The notes beneath the pieces are model-generated. The model made no database searches. It was not told where the DNA came from and saw only the letters and a list, made by a program, of their open reading frames with translations. The translations under genes were made by a program, and so were the position numbers. Positions 39,158-51,513 of a stretch of DNA of 64,000 nucleotides are shown here, piece by piece. Numbering within the stretch: the stretch's first letter is position 1; each line of letters begins with the position of its first letter. Origin of the DNA: Leucoraja erinacea (lineage: Eukaryota); contig NW_026576170.1 of assembly GCF_028641065.1 (NCBI RefSeq), positions 62,001 to 126,000 of the forward strand, given 5' to 3'.

Positions 39158-41910
39158 TTACTTGATTTTCTTAATCAAGTTGAAAGGGTATGTGACCGCA
39201 TTTTTCAACTGCTCTCTGAATTTGGTCTGCGTCCCCGCATAAATGCACGAATTGGTGCAGGAACTGAGAAGCTCTAGCATATATCCGCTTTCTTGAAGAA
39301 TAAACCTCGGGTCAGTGGAATTGGAACTGTTGGCATAGTTGTTGCTCGAAAACTGCACAAACAGAAAGTTGACAACGAACGTCAGGCGCAGCAACAGGAA
39401 ACTACCCGAGATGGCGAAGAGTAAAATGATGGACTTCCTCCTGCTCTCCATCTCTGGATCTCTCTGGTTGTCTCCATTGCTCTGGGCCCGGAGCCTCTTG
39501 CGGGCTCCACTGGCCGCCAAGATGTGTCTCACTGTCAGAGCGTTAAGTAACAAAATCAGAAGGAAAGGGAGACATGGGTTTAATATACGATGCAGCCAGT
39601 CATAAACTCGCCAGGAAGTTGAAGTATAATAGATTTCTTTTATGCTGCAATACCAGGGCACCTTATCGATAATATACACGGGCTCATAAACAAAGTAGAG
39701 CGGTATGTTTTTGAAACAGACAAGGGCGCAGATTACTCCAATAACTGCAGCCGCCGTTTTCTCCGTACAATAACCGTGTTTCAGTCGCTGGCAGCAAATG
39801 GCGATGAACCGATCGAAGGTGAACGCGACAGTTAGCCAGACGGACGTGTCTTTGCAAGCCCAGCTGACTGCAATAACGACACTGCAGGCGGGATTTGTTG
39901 CCAAGAAACTAAGCGGGAAATAAATTGGTCGCAGCCGGGTCAATATCACGGCTGCGAGAATGACCAGGAGATCCGTCACCGCCATGAACACCAGGTAGCG
40001 AGTAATGCATTTGGAAAGGCCGCATCTTCCCTGGGAGAGAATCACGATCGTCACCATATTGGCTGTGAAACAAACAAAAATACGATGGAGTTATTCATCA
40101 TAATTCCGGCCGCGTCCCCAGTTTTTATCGGAACGTAGAAACGAAATGCGATCCTGGTGAAATTTGCTGTGGTTGAAAAATAATACTCGCGAGGCTTTTT
40201 GCGCCGCCCCCCCCCCCCCCACATCTCTTTTTCAGCTTCCTCTTCCCCCGACAATCAGATGAAAGAAGAGTCCTGACACGAGACTTTCGCCCCTCCACGT
40301 CCTTCATAGACGCTGCCTGACCCGTTTATCAGTTAAAATGACCACACCGAATGGAAACGTTGCCACATAGCTTAACTTAGTAGTATTTGGTTTTAAATGT
40401 TTATGGTTTAGAACGGAAGAAATGGAGAAAACATGTAATTAATATTAAATTAGGAAAATGCATACATTCCAAAGCAAACAGTGGAACCTGACTCAGGTAA
40501 CCAATGACAAACATGAATAACATTCTCTGGTGATAATAGACCAACCTAATAGTTGCCTACATTTGCCATGACCTATCGAGGCACAAGATAAAAACCTATG
40601 CCCCTGTCCCACTTAGGAAACATCTGGAGACTTTGCGCCCCACCCAATGTTTCCGTGCGGTTCCCGGAGGTTTCCGGAGGTTTTTTGTCAGTCTACCTGC
40701 TTCCACTACTTGCAACCTCCGGCAACCACCTGCAACCTCCGGGATCTTGCAAACAGCCCCGAACATTGAAGCGTTCTCCATTGTCATCCTGACACTTTTC
40801 TATTTGCACTTTCTCTGTCTATGCAACACTATATTCTGCACTCTGCTATTTTGTTTTCCTGAGCACTAACTATTTATTGTACACTTGAACGATATGAGTT
40901 GCCTGCATATCATTGCATCACAAATTATTCCACTGTATCTCCATACACGGCAATAATATACATATACCTATAATATATCAATACCAGTAAATGTTTCCCT
41001 GCATCTCGGTAAACGCGACAATGCACTAAACTCAAATACTGATACCGATTAAGTTACTTTCCTTTCGATGTGGGGAGAGGTTGGCTTTGCCGGAGAGAAT
41101 TATCCCGTTTGGTTTGTAATGACCTCATCGGATTCTGGACGTAAATAAGTGGACCGGCTTCAGTTTAACGTCATACAGGAAAAGGAACATATGGAAGCTG
41201 CTTTGTCAAAAACAAATACAAACTGTTATTTTAAAAATGAGAAGAAGGGTCTCGACCGGAAAAGTCACATATTCCCTTTCTCCAGAGATGTTGCCTGACC
41301 GGCTAACTTACTCCAGCCTTTTGTACCAGTCTTTGGTTTAAACTAGCATCTGCAGTTCCTCCCTTCATGGACATGCGAAGTCTGATACAGAAAATTCGTT
41401 TAAAGCACGAAGACCGCATACGATGGCGGTACACAAAAAGGCTGGAGAAACTCAGCGGGTGCAGCAGCATCTCTGAAGCGAAGGGAATAGGCAATGTTTT
41501 GCCACTCAAATAAGTGCATATTCCAATGCCTGCATTTGTTACCTGCAGAAATATTCGAACGAATGTCAATCTGAAAACGGAATAGTATAAGTGAATGCAT
41601 TCTCCGTGTTGAGGCACTAGATTGTACCCATTAAAATGTTAACGCGAGCAAAGATTGGGGAATCTGGGCGTCGATTACAAAATAAGGCAGGTGAAAGGAA
41701 AATACAATTTCAAATTAACAAAGCTTTTCACTGTACGTGACAATATATAAACGTATCTAACCGTTCTAACGAGGGACCTGCAACTGGATGTAACACTGTT
41801 TAACTTCGGTTTCCGCTATGCGTTTACTGGGAAGATTTACCTGGCAAGCCAAACGCCGCAAGAGTCGTGTAATACACGGCAAAGATTGGTGCATTTCCAG
41901 GCGCGTGCAT
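39158..41910 (-). CDS. GPR139/GPR142-like class A GPCR G3, join(41841-41910, 39158-40062), 324 aa
   Basis: Exon 1 MHAPGNAPIFAVYYTTLAAFGLP with GTAAAT donor; TCACAG acceptor; intact 7TM frame. Confidence 0.92.
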
Positions 41911-42439
41911 TTTCTTTGGAAAGACCTGCTGATAACGTGCCAATAGCTACTGAAAATACTTATGATGTACTATTTATACCCGGCACCAATCTCAACGTCT
42001 GTAGGTAACTTGCATCATCAGAATTGTTAATTGACATTTTCTGAATAAACAAGTTAAGTCGTTTCACGCACGTGTGACTTAATCCAGCAGCATGATTAAA
42101 CACGTGACACGGCTCTCATTTGCGATGGAAATCTCTTTTCGGACAAGGTAGAAATATTGTCCCTTGTGAGATAATAGATTAAGGTTCGTGTCTCTTAACT
42201 GATTACGAAATAGAACATCGTCGAAGGAGATTGACAAATATATATTTCATGAGGAGCAAAACTGAAGAAATTGAGATTCGGAATTGAGATTTGGAAACCG
42301 GGTTGTATGACATTTTGGCAAAGGGACATAATAGTTGTTGTGTTCAAGAAGGAACCGCAGATGCTGGAAGATCGAAGGTACACACAAATTCTGGAGAAAC
42401 TCAGCGGGTGCAGCAGCATCTATGGAGCGAAGGAAATAG

Positions 42440-42471
42440 GTGACGTTTCGGGCCGAAACCCTTCTTCAGAC
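42440..42471 (-). ncRNA. Minimal Penelope-type hammerhead ribozyme motif; another copy at 14213-14245(-)
   Basis: GT-CTGAAGA-A-GGGT(TTCG)GCCC-GAAACGTC-AC: CUGANGA and GAAA cores, UUCG-capped stem II, palindromic ACGT in place of helix III, GUC cleavage triplet. Confidence 0.6.
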
Positions 42472-44990
42472 TGCGGATATACGGACATCCATGCAGAAAT
42501 GACCGGTTTTGTTAGACTTAGGGGACGGAAACACAATTTATAGACTTACAGAAAACGTGGCGGATGTGTGGTTTTGCCAAGGATAGACGTAGGCCTGATA
42601 AAATGATTGACAACATGTTGGAGTGGTTAGGCAGAACGCGGTTGAAAAGGGATTTTCAGGGATTGGTTATTTTGCATTATGTTATGTGGAAAGAAAACAT
42701 TGATAAATAACCCAGAGGGCTGCGCCGCTGAAAGCATCTTATCGAGGTGTATCGCAGCCTGGTTTGCGAGCAGCTCTAACCAAGCAGGCCATCATTTAAA
42801 TCAGCCTCTCTTCCATTGACCCCATCTACACTTCGGGATGCGCCGGCAAGGACCAAGGACACAATCAAGGACCAATCTCACCCCTTTCTCCCCAATTTGA
42901 TCACGCACGAAGTACAGCAGTTTGAAAACGCATACCTCCAGATTCAGGGACAGATTCATCCCAGCTGTTATTAGGCAACTGAACAATTCTATCAGCTCGA
43001 CTACGGTTATGACCTCCCACCTGCTTAGTAGGAGACCATTGCACTTTAATCGGAATTTATCGGGGCGTGTTGACTAGGCTGGAACTATTTCCTTGGGGTG
43101 CAGCAGGACGAGGGTGATCTTTTAGAGGTGCATCAAACCATGAGACGAATAGATCGGGTAGATGCATAGAGTCTCTTTCCCAGATTAGGTGAATCTAGGA
43201 ACAGAGTTATGTTTAAAGACTCGCGCGCTAAGCTGACAGCGCTCTGTTTAAAACGTTGCACGCCAAGTCTGTAGCGCAGTGTGTATTACCTTGGCGCGCC
43301 AAGTCTGCGGCTGATAGCGATTTGTTTCCAAAGGGGGAGCTTGCTCGGATGTAGTCCCCTGTCATTGGTTGTAATTTAAATTTTAGAGCAGCGCTATCGG
43401 CCAGGACCTACCGGCGGTTACGTCAACGTCTGGTTCGCTCTGGAATTCTCTGCCACAGAAGGTAGTTGAAGCCAGTTCATTGTATATATTTAAGAGAGGG
43501 TTAGATGTGGCCCTTGTGGCTAAAGGGATCAGGGGGTATGGAGAGAAGGCAGGTACAGGATACTGAGTTGGATGATCAGCCGTGATCATATTGAATGGCG
43601 GTGCAGGCTCGAAGGGCCGAATGGCCTACTCCTGCACCTATTTTCTATATTTCTATGTGTCTATGATCTCGGCCTGTATAAAGTCAGGCGCCGGTAAGCT
43701 ATAAGGTAGTTCTTGACGAAAAGGGTTCACCGACGGGCTTGGTTGCAACCAGCGCCGCAGACGGAAGCAGATAGAGAGAGAGGTGCGCTGCTGTGCTGTT
43801 AGACGGTTTTTGTTCTCTCTTGCGAATAAAACGGATTTATAACTTAACGGACGAATTTGCCTTTTTTCAGTTCTACTACACAGATCCTTGAAAATTCCAA
43901 TGTCACAGGAGGTAGTTGAGGTTGGGACAATGCGAATGTTTAAGAAACAGTTAGACTGGTATACGGACAGGACAGATTTGGATTGGAATATAAACCAAAT
44001 GCGGGCAGGTGGCACTCGTGTAGCTGGGACATGTTGGGACATGCTGGTCTTTGTGGGCAAGAAGGCCCGAAGGGCCTCTTTCCTCGCTGTTTCATTCTGT
44101 GACTCAATAACTCTACCGCAATACTTGTTTTGCTTCCGCGCTTGTTTTGTGGCCCGCTGAGTTCTTCGCACGCCCTGATTGTGAGCTATTATAGAAAGTT
44201 AGGCATTATCGTGACTTGCAGGATCGTATAACGGACGTATTCTCACCCCGAATGTTTAAAAAAATGCCATTTACGCGTTATAATGGATCCTGTTTGAGTG
44301 ACTGTTGAACAATATCCCTGATCTATTCACCTGATCTTAGCCCTAATCAACGCACATTTTATTGCTGATCATTACCATTTACGACAACACTCCGCGTACC
44401 AGTTAACAATAACTTATATATCATCAATTGATATTGCCACGTTCGCTCTTCGGTATCATTAAGCGTATGTCTATAAATTATCGAATCAGACTGAGGATTC
44501 AGTGCGATTGATTGATTGGAAGATACAGCAAGGAAACGGGCACTTCGGTCCACCGAGTCCATGCCGATCCCCGAACGCACGTTCACACTGGTTCCATGCC
44601 CCTCTACTTTGGTGTCCACTCTAGCGCACATTGAGCAATTTACAGATGCCAATTAACGTACAAACCGGTACGTCTTTGGGATGTGGGAAGAAACCGGAGA
44701 ACCCGAAGGAAACCCACGTGGTTACAGGTATAATGTACAAACTCCACACAGCCAGCGCCTGATATCAGGCTGGAACATGGGTCTCTCGTGTTGCGAGACA
44801 GCAAATCTCATTCCTTCTCTCCAGAGATGCTGCCTGTCCCGCTGAGCTATTCCATTATGTGTCTACCTTCGATTTAAACTAGTATCTGCAGTTTTTTTCC
44901 GACACAACTCAATGGCCATGTCATTATTACGAGTCATAGGCCCACGCAGCTGAGTAGCGTGGCCCTTCTCCAACCCGTTTCATGTTGTGA

Positions 44991-45073
44991 CCGCCCCGCC
45001 CACTTCGCGTTTGGTTCATTCGCATTGGCAGCATTGCTTCCATTCATCTTTGCGAGCTGGCTGCAGCCGGTCG
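44991..45073 (+). promoter_or_regulatory. V2 proximal promoter module (GC box plus conserved block), shared with V3 at 48191-48272
   Basis: CCCCGCCCA..TTTGGTTC and CTGCAGCCGGTCG are conserved upstream of both leaders. Confidence 0.6.
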
Positions 45074-45162
45074 GAGCTGGTTAAGTTAGCTGGTTCTACA
45101 GTTAGCATATTTGGTCCGACCGTGCGTTTCAAAGATTGTTTACTTACAGAATCGTGCCCATA

Positions 45163-45639
45163 ATGTGCGAGCACCGCCTCCCGATCTTTGTTCTCATGTC
45201 TCTTCTCAGTAAGGATTTTCACCCAGTAAAAATCCTGTCTTCCCACGAATGCTGTCGCCTGATTTCTGCCGATGTAAAGATAATGCTGATGCCTTGTCAA
45301 TCATGGTGATTCTGACAATTTCTATTTTCACTCAGACTGGAGCCATCAAAATGCGGTGGAACAGACCGAAGCAGAAACCACGTTTGCAGAGGGAACGGAT
45401 GTAACACTCAAGTGCCTGCTGAAAACCAGCGATTCCCTCCCATTTGTTTACTGGTACAAGCAGTGCCTTGGACATTCTCCGCAGTACCTGATTCAGGTTA
45501 TAGGATATAACGTATACAGGGCGAAGGGCATCACAGATCGATACTCTGCTACATTCAATACAACTACAAAGACGGGCGAGTTCGTGATACGTGACGGCTT
45601 GTTCTCCGATTCCGCCCTGTACATATGTGCTATGCGATA
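45163..45639 (+). CDS. TCR alpha/delta variable gene segment V2: leader exon 45163-45208, V exon 45336-45639
   Basis: MCEHRLPIFVLMSLLN|WSHQNAVEQ...VTLKC...FVYWYKQ...SDSALYICAMR. Phase-1 intron with GTAAGG donor and CTCAG acceptor; 23-RSS follows. Confidence 0.9.
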
Positions 45640-45678
45640 CACACTGGTGCAAATGTGCCGCGGGCTCGAACAAAATCC
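45640..45678 (+). promoter_or_regulatory. 23-RSS of V2
   Basis: CACACTG, 23 nt, ACAAAATCC. Confidence 0.9.
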
Positions 45679-45703
45679 CACCTTCGGTGTTTGTCATAAT
45701 CGA

Positions 45704-45717
45704 TCGCTAGAGGGCGC
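45704..45717 (+). promoter_or_regulatory. Putative CTCF-binding element 25 nt 3' of the V2 RSS
   Basis: TCGCTAGAGGGCGC. A degenerate homologue, TCGCCAGCGAGCGC, lies at the same offset after V3 (48905-48918). Confidence 0.6.
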
Positions 45718-47084
45718 ACTTAGTCATAAAACAGAAAGGGCTGCCTCAATAAAAGATAGCTTTAGACATTAGATTTTAGACCTTAGAGATACTACGCGGA
45801 AATGGATCCTTAAGAACACCGATTACCCGCGGATCATCCCACACAGTAGCACTATTCTACACACCAGGGACAATTACAACTACTGGGACTGAACAATGGC
45901 GCTGCTTGTACGACTGGTTTACACTTGGACTATATCTGAGATGGTTCTCTGATATGTATCTAAGTGCTCATGTATATTGATACGTGTATTGAACGGCATA
46001 TGAACATGAATTTCAGTTTACCTCGGCACAGAACAGGGGGTCATAGTTTAAGGATAAGGGGGAAATCTTTTAGGACCGAGATGAGGAAAACATTTTTTCA
46101 CACAGAGAGTGGTGAATCTCTGGAATTCTCTGCCGCAGAAGGTAGTTGAGGCCAGTTCATTGGCTATATTTAAGAGGGAGTTAGATGTGGCCCTTGTGGC
46201 TAAAGGGATCAGAGGGTATGGAGAGAAGGCAGGAACAGGATACTGAGTTGGATGATCAGCCATGATCATATTGAATGGCGGTGCAGGCTCGAAGGGCCGA
46301 ATGGCCTACTCCTGCACCTATTTTCTATGTTTCTATGTTTCTAAGTAAATACCATACCATACCAATTTACAATGTTTAACGAAGCCAATTAATCTCCAAC
46401 CCGGTGGTACACAAAAATGCCGGAGAAACTCAGCGGATGCAGCAGCATCTATGGAGCGAAGTAAATAGGCAACGTTATGGGCCGAAACGTTGCCTATTTC
46501 CTTCGCTCCATAGATGCTGCTGCACCCGCTAAGTTTCTCCAGCATTTTTGTGTACCTTTGATTTTCCAGCATCTGCAGTTCCTTCTTAAACAATCTACCT
46601 TGAGTGTGGGAGGTAAGCAGAGCACCCGGTGAAAACCCACGCAATCACAGGCATATAGTACAAACCCCGTGCAGACGGTACCCGTGGTCAGGATCGAACC
46701 TGGAGCTCCAAGGCATCAGCTCTACCGCTGCGCTATTGTGCTGCCCCTTTATTCGCCTGGAGGTAAACTGCAACAAACAATCGGGAAAGTCGGGTTGTTT
46801 TCGGATGTGAATAAGTCCGAACAGTTTAGTCTGTTGACCAACACAGAGATATTCAGATTTTTTCAAAAATCTAACCGTCTCATTATTCCCTTCGCATCGA
46901 CCTGGTATCGCTTAGTCATATTTATTAAATTTATTTACTGAAAAGCACGGACTCCTGTATTTAAAAACCCCGTCTGCCTGAAGCACTGAAAGGATATCTA
47001 TAGAGGGATATTGTACTGTGTGCTCCACGAATAAATTTGGAAGATACGATCAATTGTGACCACACAAAAACTGTGATTGACAGT

Positions 47085-47410
47085 CGTTGGGCGCGTGCCT
47101 GCGCAGCGGTTGAGTTGCTGCTATACACCCGGGTTCTATCCTGGCCATGTACAAGCTGTTGCACGACGTTTGTACGTTCTCCGTGACCTGTGTGTGTTTT
47201 CTCTGGGAGCTATAGTTTCCTCCCACACCCTAAAGATGTATAGATTTGTAGTTTAATTGCTTTGGCATGATTGTAAAATTGTCCCTAATATGTGTGGATA
47301 TCTGCCCCCTGCTGGATCGAAGGGCCTGTATCTCCAAGTTAAAGTATCTCTAAACGCTGTATCTCTAAACTAAACTACACTAAACTAAACTAAACTAAAT
47401 TAAACTAAAC
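47085..47410 (+). mobile_element. tRNA-derived V-SINE (HE1-like); related copies at about 44520-44790(-), 46600-46745(-), 61640-61940(-)
   Basis: A/B-box-like head, central TTTGTACGTTCTCC...TTTCCTCCCACA domain and (TAAAC)n tail. Confidence 0.7.
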
Positions 47411-48085
47411 ATATAACCATATAACCATATAACAATTACAGCACGGAAACAGGCCATCTCGGCCCTACAAGTCCGTGCCGAACAACTTTTGTTTCCCTTA
47501 GTCCTACCTGCCTGCACTCATACCATAACCCTCCATTCCCTTCTCATCCATATGCCTATCCAATTTATTTTTAAATGATACAAATGAACCTGCCTCCACC
47601 ACTTCCACTGCAAGCTCATTCCACACCGCTACCACTCTCTGAGTAAAGAAGCCCCCCTCATATTACCCCTAAACTTCTGTCCCTTAATTCTGAAGTCATG
47701 TCCTCTTGTTTGAATCTTCCCTATTCTCAAAGGGAAAAGCTTGTCCACATCAACTCTGTCTATCCCTCTCATCATTTTAAAGACCTCTAGCAAGTCCTCC
47801 TTTAACCCTCTGCGCTCCAGAGAATAAAGACCTAACTTATTCAACCTATCTCTGTAACTCTGTAACATGGTTCTCCCTCGATCATAGGAACTGACGCTGT
47901 TTGCCGGCGCATTCGAGAGTATCAGTATGACCACAAATCAAATTGGTGAAATTACCGATTATAAATTCGGTATGGTAACGAATTTCAGATGTCTTTTCTC
48001 AGAAATCCCCATTGAAACGACTTACATCGGGTCATTTCCTTCAGCTGTGTGCGGATGAAAGGCAAGTGTGGATTATAAGGCATGC

Positions 48086-48099
48086 TCGCCCTCTGTTGG
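48086..48099 (-). promoter_or_regulatory. Putative CTCF-binding element in the V3 promoter region
   Basis: Minus-strand CCAACAGAGGGCGA about 230 nt upstream of the V3 ATG. Confidence 0.55.
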
Positions 48100-48325
48100 C
48101 CCGCCATGGGAATTTCGCTCCACCCATCTCCGCCCTGCAACCGCACGTTCCGCCTCTCACGCAGTATCCAATCGATGTCATCTTATGATGCCCCGCCCAT
48201 TTCTCGCCTTTGGTTCTGTCGCTCTGTGAACATGTCGTGCCTTTGTCTTTGGGAGCCAGCTGCAGCCGGTCGCTGGTTGGTCTTGGTTGGTTTTACAGAG
48301 TGTTAGTTTGGACAGAGTGTGTCAA

Positions 48326-48840
48326 ATGATGAGCAGTTACAGATTTATACCTAGTATTGTCGGACACCTCCTCCCGCTGTTCATTACCATGTCACTTCTC
48401 AGTAAGATATGTCTTGCCCGTAAAAAATGCTATATTGCAATGAATGTCGTAACCTAACTGTTGACAGTGGAAGGTTAATACCTATGCTGCTTCACGCAAA
48501 GACGCTAATTGTGCCATTGTCACTATTTTCTCTTAGATTCGACACATCAAAATACAGTGGAACAATCCGAAGCAGAAATTACGTTCGAAGAGGGAAGGAA
48601 TGTCACACTAAGCTGTGCTCTGAAAACCAGTGATACAACGCCTTATGTTTACTGGTACAAACAGCGCCCAGCTCACTCTCCACACTACCTGCTTCAGGTT
48701 CTGGGAAATATTGTATTAAGGAACCAGGGCGTGACCGATCGCTTCTCTGCTACGTTCAATAAAACTGCGAAGATGACCGAGTTCATGATACGCGACCCCG
48801 TGATGTCTGATTCCGCCCTGTACATCTGCGCCATGAGACG
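48326..48840 (+). CDS. TCR alpha/delta variable gene segment V3 (paralogue of V2): leader exon 48326-48401, V exon 48537-48840
   Basis: MMSSYRFIPSIVGHLLPLFITMSLLN|STHQNTVEQ...VTLSC...YVYWYKQRP...SDSALYICAMR. Phase-1 intron with GTAAGA donor and CTTAG acceptor. About two-thirds identical to V2 by hand alignment. Confidence 0.92.
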
Positions 48841-48879
48841 CACACTGTTGCAGAAATGCTGCAGGCTCGAACAAAAACC
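48841..48879 (+). promoter_or_regulatory. 23-RSS of V3
   Basis: CACACTG, 23 nt, ACAAAAACC (consensus nonamer). Confidence 0.93.
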
Positions 48880-48961
48880 AACCCTCTGTGATCCCCATGA
48901 GCGTTCGCCAGCGAGCGCTCTTAAACAAAACGGAGACATTTTGGAGAAATAGGAAGGAAAA

Positions 48962-50000
48962 TGTAGATTGGTTATTTCCTACTAGCCAGTTACAATTCTT
49001 CTTAGTAGTTACTCCGCGTATTGTGTACTTTCGGTGTCAAAATTGCAACTATTTCCATTCTACGGGTCGTCAGTTCTGTGTTGCTTATGACAACGCCTGC
49101 AAATTCTGCAAGAAGTTAAACCACTTTGCTCGGTGCTGTCGTTCCCGTGTGAATCCAGCAGCTTCAAGGACGAGCCTGCACCTGCTACAACATTGTTGAT
49201 AATGACTTCCAAGAGCACCACATCGCACCACGCCCAGATCGAAAAAGAATTGTTCGCAGTGGTTTTCGCCTGCACGAAATTCGATGACTTTAGGTGATTA
49301 GTGGGGAAAATGAGGGCACATGGTATTGGGGTAGAGTGTTGACATGGATAGAGATTTGGTCGGCAGACAGGTAACACAGAGTAGGGATTAACGGGTCCCT
49401 TTCAAAATGGCAGGCAGTGACTAGTGGGATAGCGCAAGGCTCGGTGCTGGGACCGCAACTATTTACAACATACATCAATGATTTGGATGAATGGATTCAA
49501 AGTAGCATTAGCAAGTTTGCAGATGACAAGATCGCTGGGTGGCAGTGAGAACTGTGAGGAGGATGCTATGAGAATGCAGGGTGACTTGGACAGGTTGGAG
49601 GAGTGGGCAGATGCATGGCAGATGAAGTATAATGCGGATAAAGGTGAGGTTATCCACTTTGGCAACAAAAACAGGAAGGCAGATTACTATCTAAATGGCG
49701 TCAAGTTGGGAAAAGGGGAAGTACAACCGGATGTGTTATTAATAGTCCACCTATATTGCTTAGCCACTGGTGCTTCTTTTGTTTCTAAAGGAAAGATGTA
49801 GATTGGTTATTTCCTACTAGCCATTTATAGTGCTTGTTAGTAGCGACTCCGCCTAGTATGTGCTTGATATTATCAAGTGCTTGCCTAGGCTAGTTGGTAT
49901 GAGTAGTTCCTTGGAAATGTAATGTCCGACAGATCTATGCTGTAAGTAGATTTAATAAACACGTGTGGTATCTTGATATGTGTTCGACTCGGCTCATTAT
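48962..50000 (+). mobile_element. Internally deleted Gypsy LTR retrotransposon remnant with a nested CR1 fragment (about 49292-49730)
   Basis: Direct repeat TGTAGATTGGTTATTTCCTACTAGCCA at 48962 and 49797; gag knuckle CKFCKKLNHFARCCRS; RNase H-like AQIEKELFAVVFACTKF. Confidence 0.8.
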
Positions 50001-50669
50001 AGAAAGGGTACGTATTCGCTTGGAATAAAGTGTGCCAAAAAGCAGGAAGACTGGGATTGTTTTCAATATGTGAATTCGTGCGAACGCTGTTGTTCCCAAT
50101 GTTCAACATCTTGATATTTTGATGGGGAACTATACCTTGTACGACTCGGAAATGTTTTTGCATTGACACGGACTCCGTTGCTGATCTATGTAAATATCTC
50201 TACAGTCTCCCACGGACTCTTGTATATTTCGAAACCCGCCTGCATGGAGAGTGGAAGTAAGTACGACAGTAAGCAGGGAGATCGTGAGATGGATAATGTA
50301 TTTTGATCAACACATTGTGTCAGGAATAAAGTTGAAGGACAAGACCAAACGCGATCTCAGGACGGCAGCAAACGCACTTGACTAGAGTTCTATCTCAATT
50401 ACACGGCTGACGGCTTCTGCTGACGTCAGCAAGACAATCCAGAAAATAACATCATCAACGGGACCACTGGGCACCGCGGGGGGTAGAATGTTGGGGATAT
50501 GGCTATTTAATATTTAGGAATATTTGTTTACTTTGTATTATAGTTGTGGGTTTATTTGTATTTTTGTATGTATTTTTTGTAAATAGATGATTACAATTAT
50601 TTTTGGTTAATAAATAAAGAGACGACGATCGCGGGCAAAGTACGGTTTTGTCGATTTTCACACACAAAC

Positions 50670-51187
50670 NNNNNNNNNNNNNNNNNNNNNNNNNNNNNNN
50701 NNNNNNNNNNNNNNNNNNNNNNNNNNNNNNNNNNNNNNNNNNNNNNNNNNNNNNNNNNNNNNNNNNNNNNNNNNNNNNNNNNNNNNNNNNNNNNNNNNNN
50801 NNNNNNNNNNNNNNNNNNNNNNNNNNNNNNNNNNNNNNNNNNNNNNNNNNNNNNNNNNNNNNNNNNNNNNNNNNNNNNNNNNNNNNNNNNNNNNNNNNNN
50901 NNNNNNNNNNNNNNNNNNNNNNNNCTCACATACACATTCGCACACACACATACACACTCTCAAATACTCACACACACNNNNNNNNNNNNNNNNNNNNNNN
51001 NNNNNNNNNNNNNNNNNNNNNNNNNNNNNNNNNNNNNNNNNNNNNNNNNNNNNNNNNNNNNNNNNNNNNNNNNNNNNNNNNNNNNNNNNNNNNNNNNNNN
51101 NNNNNNNNNNNNNNNNNNNNNNNNNNNNNNNNNNNNNNNNNNNNNNNNNNNNNNNNNNNNNNNNNNNNNNNNNNNNNNNNNNNNNNN
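50670..51187. other. Two assembly gaps (50670-50924, 50978-51187) at (CA)n repeats
   Basis: Runs of N. Confidence 0.99.
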
Positions 51188-51513
51188 CCTTATACTTTGA
51201 AATGTATCAGAAACTCGTTGCGTCAAAGCCAAATAAAGGTGTTGAGTAAATGCTCCTCTGACCAACCACGCTCATATTTGTCAAAACTATAAACATAGAA
51301 AGTCGAGTTGACGGAATTTTATTTTGCAATTTCCTTCCGCTAAGATATACACTTTTATCTGTGTCCACAAAGTTTCAACAATTACTTCCAATAATGTGAC
51401 AATAATATTACAAACCCTGAAGCGCAATTGACCCGACCATTTTTAATTCTAATGTAGACTGAAAATATTATTTCCTTTATGAACCCTTCGTACAATTTTA
51501 TTTGGCTTGACTA

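Noticed and set aside
50419-50430. Perfect CRE palindrome GCTGACGTCAGC, similar to the TCR V-beta promoter decamer
   Set aside because: Not positioned upstream of any V leader; a single short motif could be chance.
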